Shown here: one piece after another, positions 30,460 to 45,932 of the stretch
How the letters are laid out: each line of letters begins with the position of its first letter
Position numbering within the stretch: the stretch's first letter is position 1
DNA from: the human T2T-CHM13v2.0 reference genome, Homo sapiens
DNA: 64,000 bases
Direction: 5' to 3' (one strand)
NCBI RefSeq assembly: GCF_009914755.1
Contig: NC_060927.1
Notes under the pieces: model-generated
What the model saw: the letters and a program-made list of their open reading frames with translations, nothing else
Databases searched by the model: none
Told to the model about the DNA's origin: nothing
Position numbers and translations under genes: made by a program

Positions 30460-32138
30460 TCAAGATTGGGGAAATCTGAGGATTCAGAAGGATGATAAAT
30501 GTTAGAACATGGAATCAGGGTGCTTAGATTCTTGGTGCCTCAATTTCTCTGTCAGTTAAATGCCGTATGATCAAATGACTCTTTTCTCATTGGCTTGATG
30601 TGAGAAAGAAATGACTACATATAATAATCAGCAACATTCCTGGCACATAGTAAACATCGATGTATTATTAATACCTCCACCTACGCTATATACTGACTCT
30701 CTATCCTCCCTCTCTTCCTCCTTCCCTGGATCTTAAAAGATGAGTGTGATTAGAAACAAAATTTTGTTGTGATAAAGTCCACCTGAATGTTCCCTCAGAT
30801 ACTAACTAAATCTCTTTCACATGCAACCTTTGGACAAAAGTCTCTTCCTTTTTGCTAGGAATTTTCCTATTTTTCTCATTTCTTCTCCTCCTGCTTTAGG
30901 AAAGAAAAAAAAAGCATATGCAAGAATTATTTTTTCTTCTCCCCAGATGTCACCAGCACTAACACCTGTCCTAGTTCCAGCTCTGGTGAACTCCAGCAGA
31001 CCTGCTCAAGTGGACAGCATTAGGGACCTTGTCAGTTTTGCAGTGCTTTTTGCCTGAAGCCACCTCAGGTCCCTCATGCTGCAGGTATGCTGAGGGGCCT
31101 GGAGGTGACAGGCTGTTTTGCACCCAGGCACACTGAGGCCCGGGTGCTGCAGGGCTGTAAGGGTGGCCGTACTTTACTCTCTCCCAACTCCCCCACCCGT
31201 GTCATTTTTATTTGTACTTTATAAATCCTTTTCACTTTTGCAAGTTCCTTTTGGCCGCAATCTGAATGCAGTCCTGTATGGGATAAAGGAATATCATAAG
31301 TATATATTTTTTAAAACAGCAACACGATTCATGACTCTGTTGCAGAATGTGAAGGAGCAAGTCTCTCAATTGGCTAATTGAATCAAGCTCTGGTGAGTAT
31401 GTTGAGCTCTGAGCTCTCCTGAAGTTGGGCTCTGAGCCTGAATCAATTGGTCTGATCTCCCTTTCTCTTTATTTGTATAGAAATGAGTAGGAATTCTGTC
31501 TGTGTTAATAATGTAGGGTAATTTTGGAAAGGTAACTTAAATTTCCAGGCTATGGTTTATGTTCATAAAGTAAAGATAATTTGAATATTGAACCACTGTT
31601 GGCTAAAAGGCAGAATTAGGTGTGACCTCACTTAGAGTACTTAGTTGCCGACTGTTGGGGGAAAATTCTCATATTAAGGTTTAGACTTTGAGAATAGGGT
31701 GATTGTGAGCCTTCTGTACATAACTGACTTTCAATACATGCTCATTAAAACCAAAAAAGCTAAATGATTCAAACACTAAAAATATTCATCGTGTTAATTT
31801 CTCATAACCTTTATGCAGTGGCAATATTGCATAAATATTTGTTTGTAAAGTGTAAGGTCAGGGCTTATTTTATAATGCAAGAAATCCCCAGTTTGGTTAA
31901 TACAAAACCTTAACAAGAACCAGTAAGTAGAAACACTTGATAAAGCTATATAATTGTAGATCATTAGTGGGGAAAAGACTTCAATTTGCCTTAGGCTTGA
32001 TGTTTCTAGAAATAAAATTATTGAGAAAAGATTAAGGATGAGATAAACCATTTGGAGGAAAAGAAGATCATAAAGTGATAGAAACCAGATCTTAAAGTAA
32101 ACATGTTATTACAGTTGACCTGATTGGTTGGAAGACAA

Positions 32139-32688
32139 TGTACGGTAAATGCACCTGACAACAATAACTTAAGCATACCCTGAGAATGACTCTGTATGGC
32201 AGATGCACCTGAATGTGTGTTCAGAGCTGGGGAATCTGGGAATGGCAAACCTGGAGATGGGCTCCTTATCTATGATAAACATCTGAGTCCTGAGTTTTGC
32301 GGGGTGGGTGGTGGGCGGGGGGCGGGGGGCGGGGGCTGGGGGTGGGGTAGGGAGGGTAGATGAAGTTTGCCAGGTGCAGGTCATTAGGGGAGGGTGTTAA
32401 GTAAAAATGCTGTATAAACTGCATGATGTTTGCAGGCAGTTGTAGTTTTCCTGTCCAGCCCACAGCCACTGGACTGTAGGAAGGCGAATATGTTGTCCAG
32501 CCCATTGCCATGGGACCATTTCTGTAATTAAGGGTGTTCTCCTGTCCAGCCCTCTGCCACAGAACTCTCTTCACGGTATGAAAGCCCCTAATAAAACCAC
32601 AGATCTTATTTGCTGGCTCTGGGTCTCTTCTTCAGCCTCTTGAACCTGGTGCCTTCCCTACTGAAGGTAATAGGGGCTCAGCACAACA
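32139..32688 (+). mobile_element. ERV solo LTR (LTR47-like, ERVL)
   Basis: TG...CA termini; start 'tgtacggtaaatgcacctgacaacaataacttaagcataccctgagaatgac'; TATAAA at 32413; AATAAA at 32590; three ~27-bp internal repeats. Confidence 0.8.
32301..32356 (+). repeat. G-rich tract with 10 runs of 3 or more G (predicted G-quadruplex, GC boxes)
   Basis: Begins ggggtgggtggtgggcgggggg and ends ggggtagggaggg; runs counted from the sequence. Confidence 0.9.
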
Positions 32689-35019
32689 GATCACCCACAC
32701 ACAGGCCACCTGCCTTCAGAAACCCAATTCAAATGGTCATAAGCACCAAAAGAAACAGATTTGCTCAGGTGACTAAAATAATCCAGGGACTAATCAGATG
32801 GAGGAATGTGGATGTTATCCCCAGGACTTGATCTCCCCTAGTCCCTGACTCTGCCTTTCCCATGTTGCCCTCACTACCGGGCAGACCCTTTCTACCATGT
32901 CAAGATCACTTTGGGAATTCCAGGCTTCAACTCCACTAGCTCAGCAATTCTACTTGGGAGAAAATGTCTTCCCCAGCTGTTTTAGTCACAGCTCTGACAA
33001 CTCAGTCTCAGTACCTGGTTTGAGTCATAAGGCGTCACTGACAAAATCACAACTGTCAGGGCTTGAGATGTGTCATTTGTCCTATGTATCAAACAGCATA
33101 AGAAGAGTGGTGTTTCCCCAGAGGAAATTGAGATTCTGTTATCAGTAAAAGGGGAATGGCTGCTCAGGAGGCAAAAAAAACTTGGGTACCCTCCACCACC
33201 AATCTACCAAATCTGGATTTGAAAGGCATAGGACAGCAGACAGTCAGGACTAAGAGCAAGTCGCACCAAGAAAGAAGAAGAAAACTGAAAGGGAAAATCA
33301 GAAAGCCCTCCTGAGGTCCATTTCACCCACTCAGTCATAAAAGAGCAGAATTAAATTAAGGCTGCTAAAAGTAGAGAAGGCACACCATTGACCCAATATG
33401 AAGCCCTGACAAGGAGATTTGTTGGGTTTTTTTGTGAGTACCCTCCTGAGCCAGAGGTGGAGTGTCTCCTCTTGGGTAGACAACTTTAGTGTGATTCATG
33501 TGTTTGAATCACACAGCCTCCGAAGGCCACGTGTCTAGAATAGCACCAAACAATGAAAAATGGCTCTAGAAACATTTATTGTTCCTTCAGCTTTTTCTAT
33601 CTCCCAAACGTATATTGAGACTAATTTATTAATGTTAAGTCATACGATAAATTCATTCTGGGAGGAAAAGCATTTCCAGGGAGTAACTATACGCTCTCAT
33701 CACTTATAGCTTTGTCCCCGCCTCATCATCCAGGGTGATGATTTTAATCCAGACTTCTCCATGTACTAACTGTGGAACCCTGGGCAAAACTGGCTCTCCA
33801 TTTGCTTATCTTTCCAAAGGGGACTATAATAGTATACCCTGCAGAGGTACACATGGCTGTTATTACTGTTTACGCATTTGGGCTTCATTTGGAGACAGTC
33901 TCAGAACTGATCTTATAGCGTAAGATTATAGAATGAGCTTATCATATAAGACATACTTGCTCATAGTATTCCAAGAAAGTGCAACACACCAATGCTTAAT
34001 ATTAGGAGTTTAGAAACTAAACTAGGAATCATATTACTCCTGGCTCAGCCTGGGCCCTTGAACTAACCTCCACCGCATATTTTGTCCTCACAGTGTCCCC
34101 ACAGCAGCTATCCAGGCTTCCTAGGAATAGCACACAATACTCCCTATTCTCAAGAGAGTAGCTCTTTCCCCAAAATCTTGATGTACTCAGTCAGCTAAGA
34201 GGTACCTTGCATGCTTTAAAATTCCCACCTATTACTTATTTTTTTAGGTGACCAGTCTCTAAGGCAGAACAAAAATTACTTGAGCGGGGATTTAGACAGG
34301 GATTCCAAGAAAAAAAAAATTAGCTAAATTGGGCAAGCCTAAATGATCTTTTAGTCATTTGTTGTTTTTTTTTTTTAGCAATTTCCTTCTTCCCTGGAGC
34401 CTGATCCTGCAGGACAAGGATCTATTTTCAAGTCAATTACAATTCCTAAGGGATATAATTACCTACAAAATCAGCAAAGGAACCCTATTTCTCTTATGGT
34501 AATGTAATAGTAATTTTTAAAATAACTACAATACATATGATAGAAATGGCATTTGCTTTCTTTCAACTTTTCATTGCTTTTAGTTTCATGCCATACCATT
34601 CCCAAATCTCCAACTTACCAGCAAGCAGTGATAAATGGCAGCCTGTAGATTATTGTTAATCAAGAAAAAAAAAACAAAATAAATTATTAGTCTATTATAC
34701 ACCATTGTGGCTATTCTATTTCTCATTTGGTAACATTCAGAAGTCTCCTCAAGAACTCGGACAACAGACCCTTGAGAGTGTGAGTGGTGACAATGGATAC
34801 AGACTGAGCTGCCCAGAAGCCTGTTCATAGTCTCAGACTCCAAATTCTAGGGCTCAACTCCAGTTCCCTGCCCACAGTGTGGCATTTCCTATCCTTTTTA
34901 GCTACTTAAAAAAAAGTTTGCTATGGCTATATGCTAAGTACTAAGACACATATTCTCATTTTATCTACATGCCACTTCTCTGTTAGGAGTTACAATATTC
35001 CCTTCTTTTGTCATTTTCA

Positions 35020-35460
35020 TTTCATTCATTCATTGCATGCCCACTCTAGACCAGGCAACAGCCTAGGTGCTATGGATATAGCAATGAAGAAAACAAAGAT
35101 TTGCATTTCAGTGGAGGAGAAAGACAATATGTGGAAGGAGAAAGTGAAGGAGAAAGAAGAGGGGAAGGAGGAGGAGACATCAGGGAGATGACATTTAAGC
35201 AGAGACCTAAAAGAAGGGATGTTGTGAGCTCAGGGGGAAAGTGTTTCAGGTGGAAGAACCATCATGTGCAAAGGTCCTGAGGCAGAAACAGTGCTTGTGA
35301 AGAACACAGCATGGCCTCTGTGAGTGAAATGTGCTGAGAGGGGTTGGAGGAATATGAGCTGATAGATAGTGCCAAAGCCTTGGAGGGCAGGAAAAAACAC
35401 TGGGTTTCTTTCTTTTGATCAGCCATATGTAGGTGCCAGGAAAGGAGTGATGTGATTTAC
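35020..35460 (+). mobile_element. L2 fragment
   Basis: 'ttcattcattcatt...ctaggtgctatggatatagcaatgaa...gacatttaagcagagacct...atgtgcaaaggtcctgaggcagaa'. Confidence 0.7.
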
Positions 35461-35939
35461 CTGTGAGGAAACTGAATCTAAAGGAATGTTAACTAACTCA
35501 TCCATGTCACATATGTGGGAAGCCCCATCATCGGGACTCACACTGGGGTCTATGCAGTTCCCAAGGCTCAGTCATTTATAATCACAGCCCAGCTTCTCAG
35601 TCACTCAACAGATAATTCCATGTATATGTGCTCTGTCATTGCCTTTATAAAGACAATGAGATCTCTTTGAGATCTCTTCACTCATAATCTCAGTTGGCTT
35701 GTTTCTCATCTTCTTCCTTGATCCTAAATGTCAGCAAATCTCCCTCTCCAGTCACAGGTCCAATTAATTATCTCTTATGAAATTCACCAGATGTAACCCT
35801 TCTTTTCCATTGCTCCTGCTACTATTCAGGTTTCAAGTTTTGTCTCAAGTCTTGTCTGCTCTCACTTCCCAGGATTCCTGAACCCTCAATGATCCAATAC
35901 TAGCCTACATGTTCAATTTCATTTCTCCTCATTCTCTCA

Positions 35940-36145
35940 TGTCTCAAACTGGTCACCTTCAGACTATATTTTGACTATATGCTATTCTTAAAAAAATTAC
36001 ATCAAATTATATTACTGATATCTCTTTAAAAAATTGAATCTGACAGTACTGGGCCCATGGTCCCACAAAGCTGAAGCTGGGTAGTGGCTGCCCATTTTGG
36101 ATGGGGCAAGAGCTCTCCAGTTCTCCACAGTCTCCACCACTCTGT
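35940..36145 (+). mobile_element. MER102-like hAT-Charlie fragment
   Basis: 'ctgggcccat...gctgggtagtggctgccc...gctctccagttctccacagtctccaccactc'. Confidence 0.6.
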
Positions 36146-36347
36146 AAAATCAGACATCGTCAGGCATCTCTCTTATCATTGGAGGCATCTGTCTTATCAT
36201 TGCAGGCACTGACACAGTTAAGAATAGTGGCTATAAGTACTTTCTGAAGCCAAACTGCCTGGGTACCAATTCTGGCTCTACCACTTACTAAACTTATGTT
36301 ATTGCCCAGCTACTTAAAATCTCTGTAGCTGCCCTGTAAAATTTAGG

Positions 36348-36711
36348 TGATATGGTTTGGCAGTGTCCCCACCCAAATCTCACTTTGAATTGTAGCTCCC
36401 ATAATTCCTCTGTGTTGTGGAAGGGACCCAGTTGGAGGTAATTGAATCATGGGGGTAAGTCTTTCCCGTGCTGTTCTCATGATAGTGAATAAGTCTCATG
36501 AGCTCTGATGGTTTTATAAAGGCGAAGATCCCCTGCACAAACTCTCTTGCCAGGTGTCATGCAAGATGTGTCTTTGTTCTTCCTTCACCTTCCACCATGA
36601 TTGTGAGGCCTCCCCAGCCATGTGGAACTGTGAGTCCATTAAACCTCTTTCTTTATGAATTACCCACTCTTGGGTATGTCTTTATTAGCAGTGTGAGAAC
36701 CGACTAATACA
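36348..36711 (+). mobile_element. THE1 (THE1B/C-like) solo LTR nested in a MIR (~36215-36815)
   Basis: 'tgatatggtttggc...ccccacccaaatctc...gactaataca'; 5-bp TSD ttagg/gtagg. Confidence 0.95.
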
Positions 36712-37642
36712 GTAGGTAATTATGATAACTACCTCATATTTCTGGTGTGATGGTTAAATGCACTAATACTTATAAAAGCATTTAGAAAAAATAGCTGGAC
36801 ATAGCACTCGATAAAGGTTACCTTTTGAGGTTGCTGTTTATAATTCCCACTGTATACCAGGTAAGTTGGTATACTTGTCAAAATGAACATGCTTTTTACA
36901 ATCCCATCTCCTTGCCCTTGCGTACTTTAATCTTGCTTCCCAGATGGTTTTCCCAAATGGTCCAGTCTTCTATGATCACAGAATCTTATCCATCTCTTAA
37001 GTAAGGCCTACTTCAAATCTCACCCATTTGTGAAACCATCACTGGCCACTCTGTATAGATATTGTTTCTCACTTCTTTCTATTTCTGCAGCTCAGATTTT
37101 GTGCACTACTTACTGCATACTCATCTAACCCTTTGCATTGCTGTTTAACTGTCTTACATTAATATTTTCTCTCTCCAGCCAGACTGAAGAACCCTAATGG
37201 TGATGCATGGCAGGTGATGATTGGGTTATGTTTCAACTTTCTGGCAGGTAGTTGGCAGCAATGCTAGATAGTACAATGATTATTTTCTGAATTCTCATGG
37301 GGAGGATTTTATCATGACATTTTTCTTGGTCAATGATACTAAATTAGAAGGTTAGATGTTTGTCTAATGAGTGCAATATTGAAACAGGTAGTATGTTTTA
37401 AATAACAAGGTTCTGGAGTTGAAACAGGTTTTGTGCCCCTTCTAATACAGGTTAATGCAGAATGAAGGTCATTATTGTGTGACATTAGTTTCAGATTGAA
37501 GGACATTATCATGTGGCAACTGGGTTTTGATTCAGTGCTTTCCTACTTTACAGAAGCTGCAAACATAATTGGCAAATCTGTAAAAATGACTACAGCATTA
37601 GTTTCTTTGGGTTTCTGAAAGTTATGCATGGAACTCTGTGTT

Positions 37643-37778
37643 TCTGTCTATCTGTCTGTCTGTCTGTCTGCCTGTCTATCTATCTACCTGTCTATGTATG
37701 TATGTATGTATGTATGTATGTATGTATGTATGTATGTATCTATCTATCTATCTATCTATCTATCTAATCTGTCTATCC
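37643..37778. repeat. Compound tetranucleotide STR (TCTG)n...(TATG)11(TATC)7
   Basis: Counted directly: TATG 37693-37736, TATC 37737-37764. Confidence 0.95.
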
Positions 37779-40399
37779 ATTGAGAAATGAGTATACTTCC
37801 TACTGGGCATTGGTCTTCAACATGGATAAAACACAGAACATGAGAATTCAATATTAGAATATGGGACAAAGACAGTGAAATAATTACTGAGAAAAATATG
37901 AAAATCAATTTCATCAAAATTGAACCACCTAAGACGATTGTTAGTGGAAGTATAGTAATTAGATGTGCTTTTTCATTAATGTCAGCTAATACCTACCTAA
38001 AATTTAGTGTAATTTCAGAAGACTTTTTTAAACCTGGAAGAAAGATACTTGTAACATCATTTGCATTAATCTCTGAAATGAAACACTTCCATATGGCTTT
38101 CATGGTGGGGAGGGGACTATAATTACTGAGGTCACTTTCTAAATAATACTACTGGAATCTATTCATATGGGAACCAAAGACATGCTGTGATGCCAAGTTA
38201 TTTCCTCTGTGGAAATAAAGATAAAGGTAAGGTAAAGGAAGGGTAAAGATATATAGGAATATTACAGATGATCCCAGGATTTAACAGTAGACCTACCACA
38301 ATTAAGTCCCAGTTCTCTGAAAGTGACCTTCTAGGATGTTCATGTCTGACTTTACTGTACTAAGGGCCATTGTATTATATAGGCAGAAGAGAGTAATGAG
38401 ATTGTTTGATTGGTTAGAGAATGCTAAATTAATCCTGCCAGCAGTAAGCCAAACCCACAGTGCCAGCCTACACAGTACAATAAATAGAAAAGGTAATTTG
38501 ACACTCTGCCCAAAAAACTAGCCTTGGAAGTAGCAGCCACTTGGCCTCATTGAAAAGTAGGGAGAAAATGAATTTTGTAATGAATTACTTGTCACTCAAA
38601 AGATATTTGGTTTACAACAGGAAATAAAAATCATTCTGAAGAGTGGCCATTTTGCCTAAAAGGAAGCAATACATCAAATAAGGGCTAGTGAAACAGATGA
38701 AGAGTATTCATTCATCTTTAGGTCATCTGCTGACACAAACAATTAGATTAAAGTGGAATGATTCAATCTGAGAAATGTGAATGGATAGAGAAGGAATAAA
38801 GAATATTCTTTAGTTCTCAAATAACTTTTTATTAAATATTATTGTTTCTCTTTTATTAGGTTTGGCTTACAAACCTATATTTTGTAAATCTTATTTGTGT
38901 TCAATTTAGAAAAACATAATCCATTTACATTTATTGGTTCGGTTCTGATTGCAGTAATCATTAAATCTGGATAATGAAAAATATTCACCAACTCTTCAGT
39001 GTACCAAGGAAGTATTGAGAATTGAGAACTTTTTTTAAGGTCTTAGTGTACAATCAGTAATCACCACTATTTTTCCTTCGATGTGACATTTATTGTGAAG
39101 GGACCTATATATCCCACTTTATTTCTGGGATTTGGAGCTAAATGTTGTCTCTATGTCCGTTCAGGTGATGCCAGGGTCAATGGCCACAGCATAGAGGATC
39201 ACTAATAGAAAACCAAAGCCCATTCTTGAGAGTTTTATAGGGTTTTTTTTAATTTATTTGTTTGCCTGTTTGTTTTATGAAGGATAATGATTTATTTTTT
39301 AAGGGACCCTAGGCTTCTTAGGATTTTCTGTCTTCTGAAGATATTGACTAAAGTGTCCAAAGTGGGGATGGTTGGAGATGGGCTAATAGGAAGTGGAAAA
39401 CTAGTCCATTTCTCTGGCTAACAGGCAGTTAAGTCTGTAATACACTGATATTTCAGTGTTAACAAACACTTTTAATTAACAGAAGAGAGGCTAATGAATC
39501 AATTTACTGATAATTTGTGAATGAATTAATTTGTTAATCAATCTATTTACTAATAATTGTTTCCTTTCAGAATACTAACTCTGCTAGAGTATTTATCTTT
39601 GATAAATAGATACTATTTATCAAAGCCAGAAAAGCGCATTGAAATACTTTCCAAATATTAGATTCTAACATCAGATCAGATGGCTACTCCAAGCACCTTT
39701 AGACTGAGGCATTATAACATTCCTTTTAGGTGTGAGTAGAATAAAGGAATTTTTATTCCCACTTGATATTGGATGACTCTGGAGGGAGGTCCTAGTGCCT
39801 ACTTACTGAGGAGTTTCCACAGTTGTAAATACACTTCCTCACCTCAAAAAGTCTTCCTTTAGCCACAGGGGAAATGCTGCTTTTTCAATACGAGGAGTTC
39901 TCTCAAACCAGAACTTCCTTAGCTCTGAGGTGTGTCACAGTGGTCAGAGCAGGTAGACTGGCTGGGAGACCAAGACCTTGATTAGGCTACCTAACATGTT
40001 TGTGCCTTGGTTACCACATCTGTAAAGTGGGGATAATAATAGTACCTATCTCCACATATTGTAGTACAAAGTCACATTTTTAACAGTGCTTGATCCAGGA
40101 TGTTACTCTCAGGTGCCCACCCTAAGAGAGAAAGGTGTCATTGAAAGAATTCCGTCTGTAAAATTATTTTGGGGTTTCTTAAATTCACATAGTCTTGTAC
40201 ATAGTTTAATGTACATGGCCTTGGCATTGTGTAAAATGTTATTTGGACACTCTGGAAGAAGAGGATAGCAAATTTGATTCTAGGGTTATAAGACTGGAGG
40301 GTTAATTATAATATAAATCAATCAGGTAATTGGGAGAAGATTGGAGGAAATTTGATACATGTTTATGTGTTTATCAAGTGATTGCATCTGCTTTTCACT

Positions 40400-41095
40400 C
40401 TCTGCTGCCACCATCTGGCCCCAAAACCTTTGTATGAGCCACAATAGTCACATCCCTGGGACATCTTTGTGCCCCCTCCAGTCTCTTTTCCACACGGCAG
40501 CCAATATCATTTCTTATGATTCTCTACTGGTTCATGTCATTCCTACACTTGGCATCACTCATTAGTTGGACTTTGGATAAACAGAAAGCATCAAGCTCTT
40601 GCCTCCTTTCCAGCTTCATCTCATGTCTTCCCTCACTCGTAACGCTCTGCTTATGCCAGCCTTCTCTCTGGCCCTTGACTATATGGAGTTCTTTCCAGCC
40701 TCAGGGTATTTGCAACCTGCTGTTCTGCTACACAGGACATCTGCCATTCACACTTTCTATCTCTCACTCCTGCTCATCCCTTAGATCTCAGCTAAACATA
40801 ACTTTCTTGGATGGCACTCCTTTAAAGCCCAGCCACCCGACCCCAGAATTTAAATTGGCCTCTCCCCATCCTTAATCTAATTTCCAACAGGGCATACTGA
40901 CCTTTTCCTTTGTATAACTTATTATAATTTGTGGTGTCATGTTTTCTATATGCTTGTTTAACCTCTGTCTTCCCCAATAGACAGTTAACTTTATAAAGCC
41001 ATGGACGGTGTCCATCTTTTTTTTTTTTTTAAGTGCTGTACTCTGCCTTAGACAAGATGTGGTTGGTGCTTAATTAATAGTTGTTGAATCAATGA
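40400..41095 (-). mobile_element. L2 fragments
   Basis: 'gccccctccagtctcttttccacacggcagcc', 'ttagatctcagctaaacat', 'tgtcttccccaatagac', 'gtgcttaattaatagttgttgaat'. Confidence 0.65.
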
Positions 41096-41249
41096 TTACA
41101 TCAACAAACGAACACTTAGTATGTGACAAGCACTGGGCTAAGTGCATAATACCCATGATTTTATTTAATCCTCACAATAACCTTTTGAGTTAATTATCAT
41201 TAATGTCATTCACAAATGAGGAAATAATACTTCTTCATGCAGTGAGCTT

Positions 41250-41870
41250 AGAAGGGACTGTTACATCCTCTAAAAAGTGGCCAACCTTCCCCTAGAGTAT
41301 GGGCTAGACTCAGTAACTTGCTTCCAAGGAATAGAGTATGGAAACTGAAATGATGGTAAAAATAGTAACCTCACAGTGGATAAACTTGGAAGCCATTATC
41401 TTAACCAAGTGACCAAGTTTAACATATCCAATGATAAGTTATCATGTGCCCCCTGATTTCACCTCTGTGATTTTCTTCTCTAAAATTCATAACCCCAGCC
41501 TAACTATAAGGAAACATCAGAAAAATTCAATTTCATGGACATTCCATAAAATATCTCTTCGAAACTCTCAAGGTCATGAAACAGAAGGAAAGAAAGATGT
41601 CATAGATTAGGAGGAGGCTAAGGAGATATGGGTGCTGAAGGCAATGTGTGATCCTGGAACAGAAAAGGACTAAAGTGAAAAAACTGGTAAAATCCAAATA
41701 AAGTTTAGTTAATAGTAATGTGTCAATGTTAATTTCTTAGTTTTGACAAATGTGCTGTGGTTATATAAGGTGTTCATATTAGGAGAAGTTGGGTAAAAGG
41801 TATGGAAGGGCTCTCTGTAGTATCTTCGCAACTTTCTGTAAATCTAAAATATTTCAAAACATTTTCCTTT
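41250..41870 (+). mobile_element. L1MC4/L1MD-class 3' UTR fragment
   Basis: 'gtatgggctagactcagtaacttgcttccaagg', 'ctggaacagaaaaggac', 'ctctctgtagtatcttcgcaactttctgtaaatctaaaat'. Confidence 0.8.
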
Positions 41871-42606
41871 AAATGGCTACATTGGTTTGGAAACCAGGGC
41901 TGACCTTTAGTCAGCATACACTGGTGGTTGATGTATTCAAGTTGATGTAATATATTGGCTTCAATTGGTCAGGACTTGAGCATGGCATGTTGTTGACCGT
42001 ATTGAGAATTACTAACTATGCTCCCTTTTTACAAAATTATGATCAACTTTCTATTCACTCAAAAGTATTTTTTAATAATTATTTTCTCAGAAGAATAAGA
42101 AACTGTGTGTGACTTTAAGTCGTTCTATTTAACTGAGTGGTTACCATGGTGAATCTAAGTGTTCAGAGAATAATTTCAAATCGAAACTCCAGATAATGCT
42201 TATGCCACAGCAAAAGAAAGATCAGCTGTCAATGGTGTGGTTTCTCAGAGCCACATAACAAATATACCAATTTATGCCTAATATTGGAAATCTTCTAGTC
42301 CAACCTTACTGGGTACTTGTTGGAGTATCAGAAGAGGTTGAATATGTTTTTCCAGGTTCACTTTCTTCCTTGGGATGTCACAGAACTGAACTCTATCAGA
42401 AATATGCTAGGGCATGTTTTATTCTCTTCTGCATCTTCTGTCAGAAACAGCCAACAAGTGCCATTTTCAAGTCGCTACAGATCTCACCTAGACCCTTGGA
42501 AATATCAGGTTCTGCTGGATTCTGATCAAGAGTGCCCACGCAGTAACTTAGAATCTGACCAGCATGCCAGGACTCACATCTAGCTCTTCCCAAAGGCACA
42601 CGTGGG

Positions 42607-42750
42607 CAGGGATTCTCAAATCATCTGGGGATGTCGATAAACCACAGATGCTGACTCAGTGAGTGTGGGGTGAGGACTGACACTCTTAATTTCCAAAAGC
42701 TCCCAGGTGCCACTGTGGGTCTTTGGGACTGCATTTTGAATGGAAAGGTG
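42607..42750 (+). mobile_element. MER5-type hAT-Charlie fragment
   Basis: 'cagggattctcaaa...atctggggatg...cagatgctgactcagtgag...aagctcccaggtg'. Confidence 0.6.
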
Positions 42751-42937
42751 CTAGGGTATTTTTAATGACATCCTAACGAAATTATGCCATTAGGGATTTA
42801 ACTGTGTATTCCACAGCTTTACTTTCCTTTTCAATTTAACCTCTTTAGTTCAACAATGTAACACTTGTGGAACTCCACAAATTAGGATGCAAAATGAACA
42901 AGAAAAGGGATTTAGTTTTAACTGAGATGTCCCTTCA

Positions 42938-45175
<2,238 letters not shown>

Positions 45176-45844
45176 TGAGTTCATGTCCTTTGTAGGGGCA
45201 TAGATGAAACTGGAGACCATCATTCTCAGCAAACTATCACAAGGACAAAAAACCAAACACCACATGTTCTTGCTCATAGGTGGGAATTGAACAATGAGAA
45301 CACATGGATACAGGAAGGGGAACATCACACACCGGGAACTGTTGTGGGGTGGAGGGAGTGGGGAGGGATAGCATTAGGAGATATACTTAATGCTAAATGA
45401 CGAGTTAATGTGTGCAGCACACCAACATGGCACACGTATACATATGTAACAAACCTGCAGGTTGTGCACATGTACCCTAAAACTTAAAGTATAATAATAA
45501 TAAAATTACAAAAAAAAAGAAAGTGACCCCAGTATGAGATAATTTGAAATAAAAAAAAAAGAAAAAGTGAATTTATATCACCTACCTGCTAAAAGACTGA
45601 TTTTATAAAATGATTTATTTATTTAGGTAGAATCATTTGTGATCCATGTTGAGCAAGTTGGAGAAACGCTCTCTGCTCAATCTCCAAGTGAACTAAGGGC
45701 TTTGTCAACTTGACCAAAATACCGTCCAATTTAGGGACTGTTTCCATTTGCTAGATAATCCTCTCAGTTTGTATTCTTGCTTTTTTCTCCCATTATGATT
45801 CACTAACTAGTGATTACCCAAACCCTAAGTCCTGGGTTTAGGAT

Positions 45845-45885
45845 TTTTTTTTTTTTAATTTTCAGCTTTTATTTTAGATATGGAG

Positions 45886-45932
<47 letters not shown>

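Noticed and set aside
32449-32566. Three spaced ~27-bp repeats, superficially CRISPR-like (as is the 48252 triplication)
   Set aside because: Human DNA; these are degenerate internal LTR repeats or a spacer-less tandem repeat, with no cas genes
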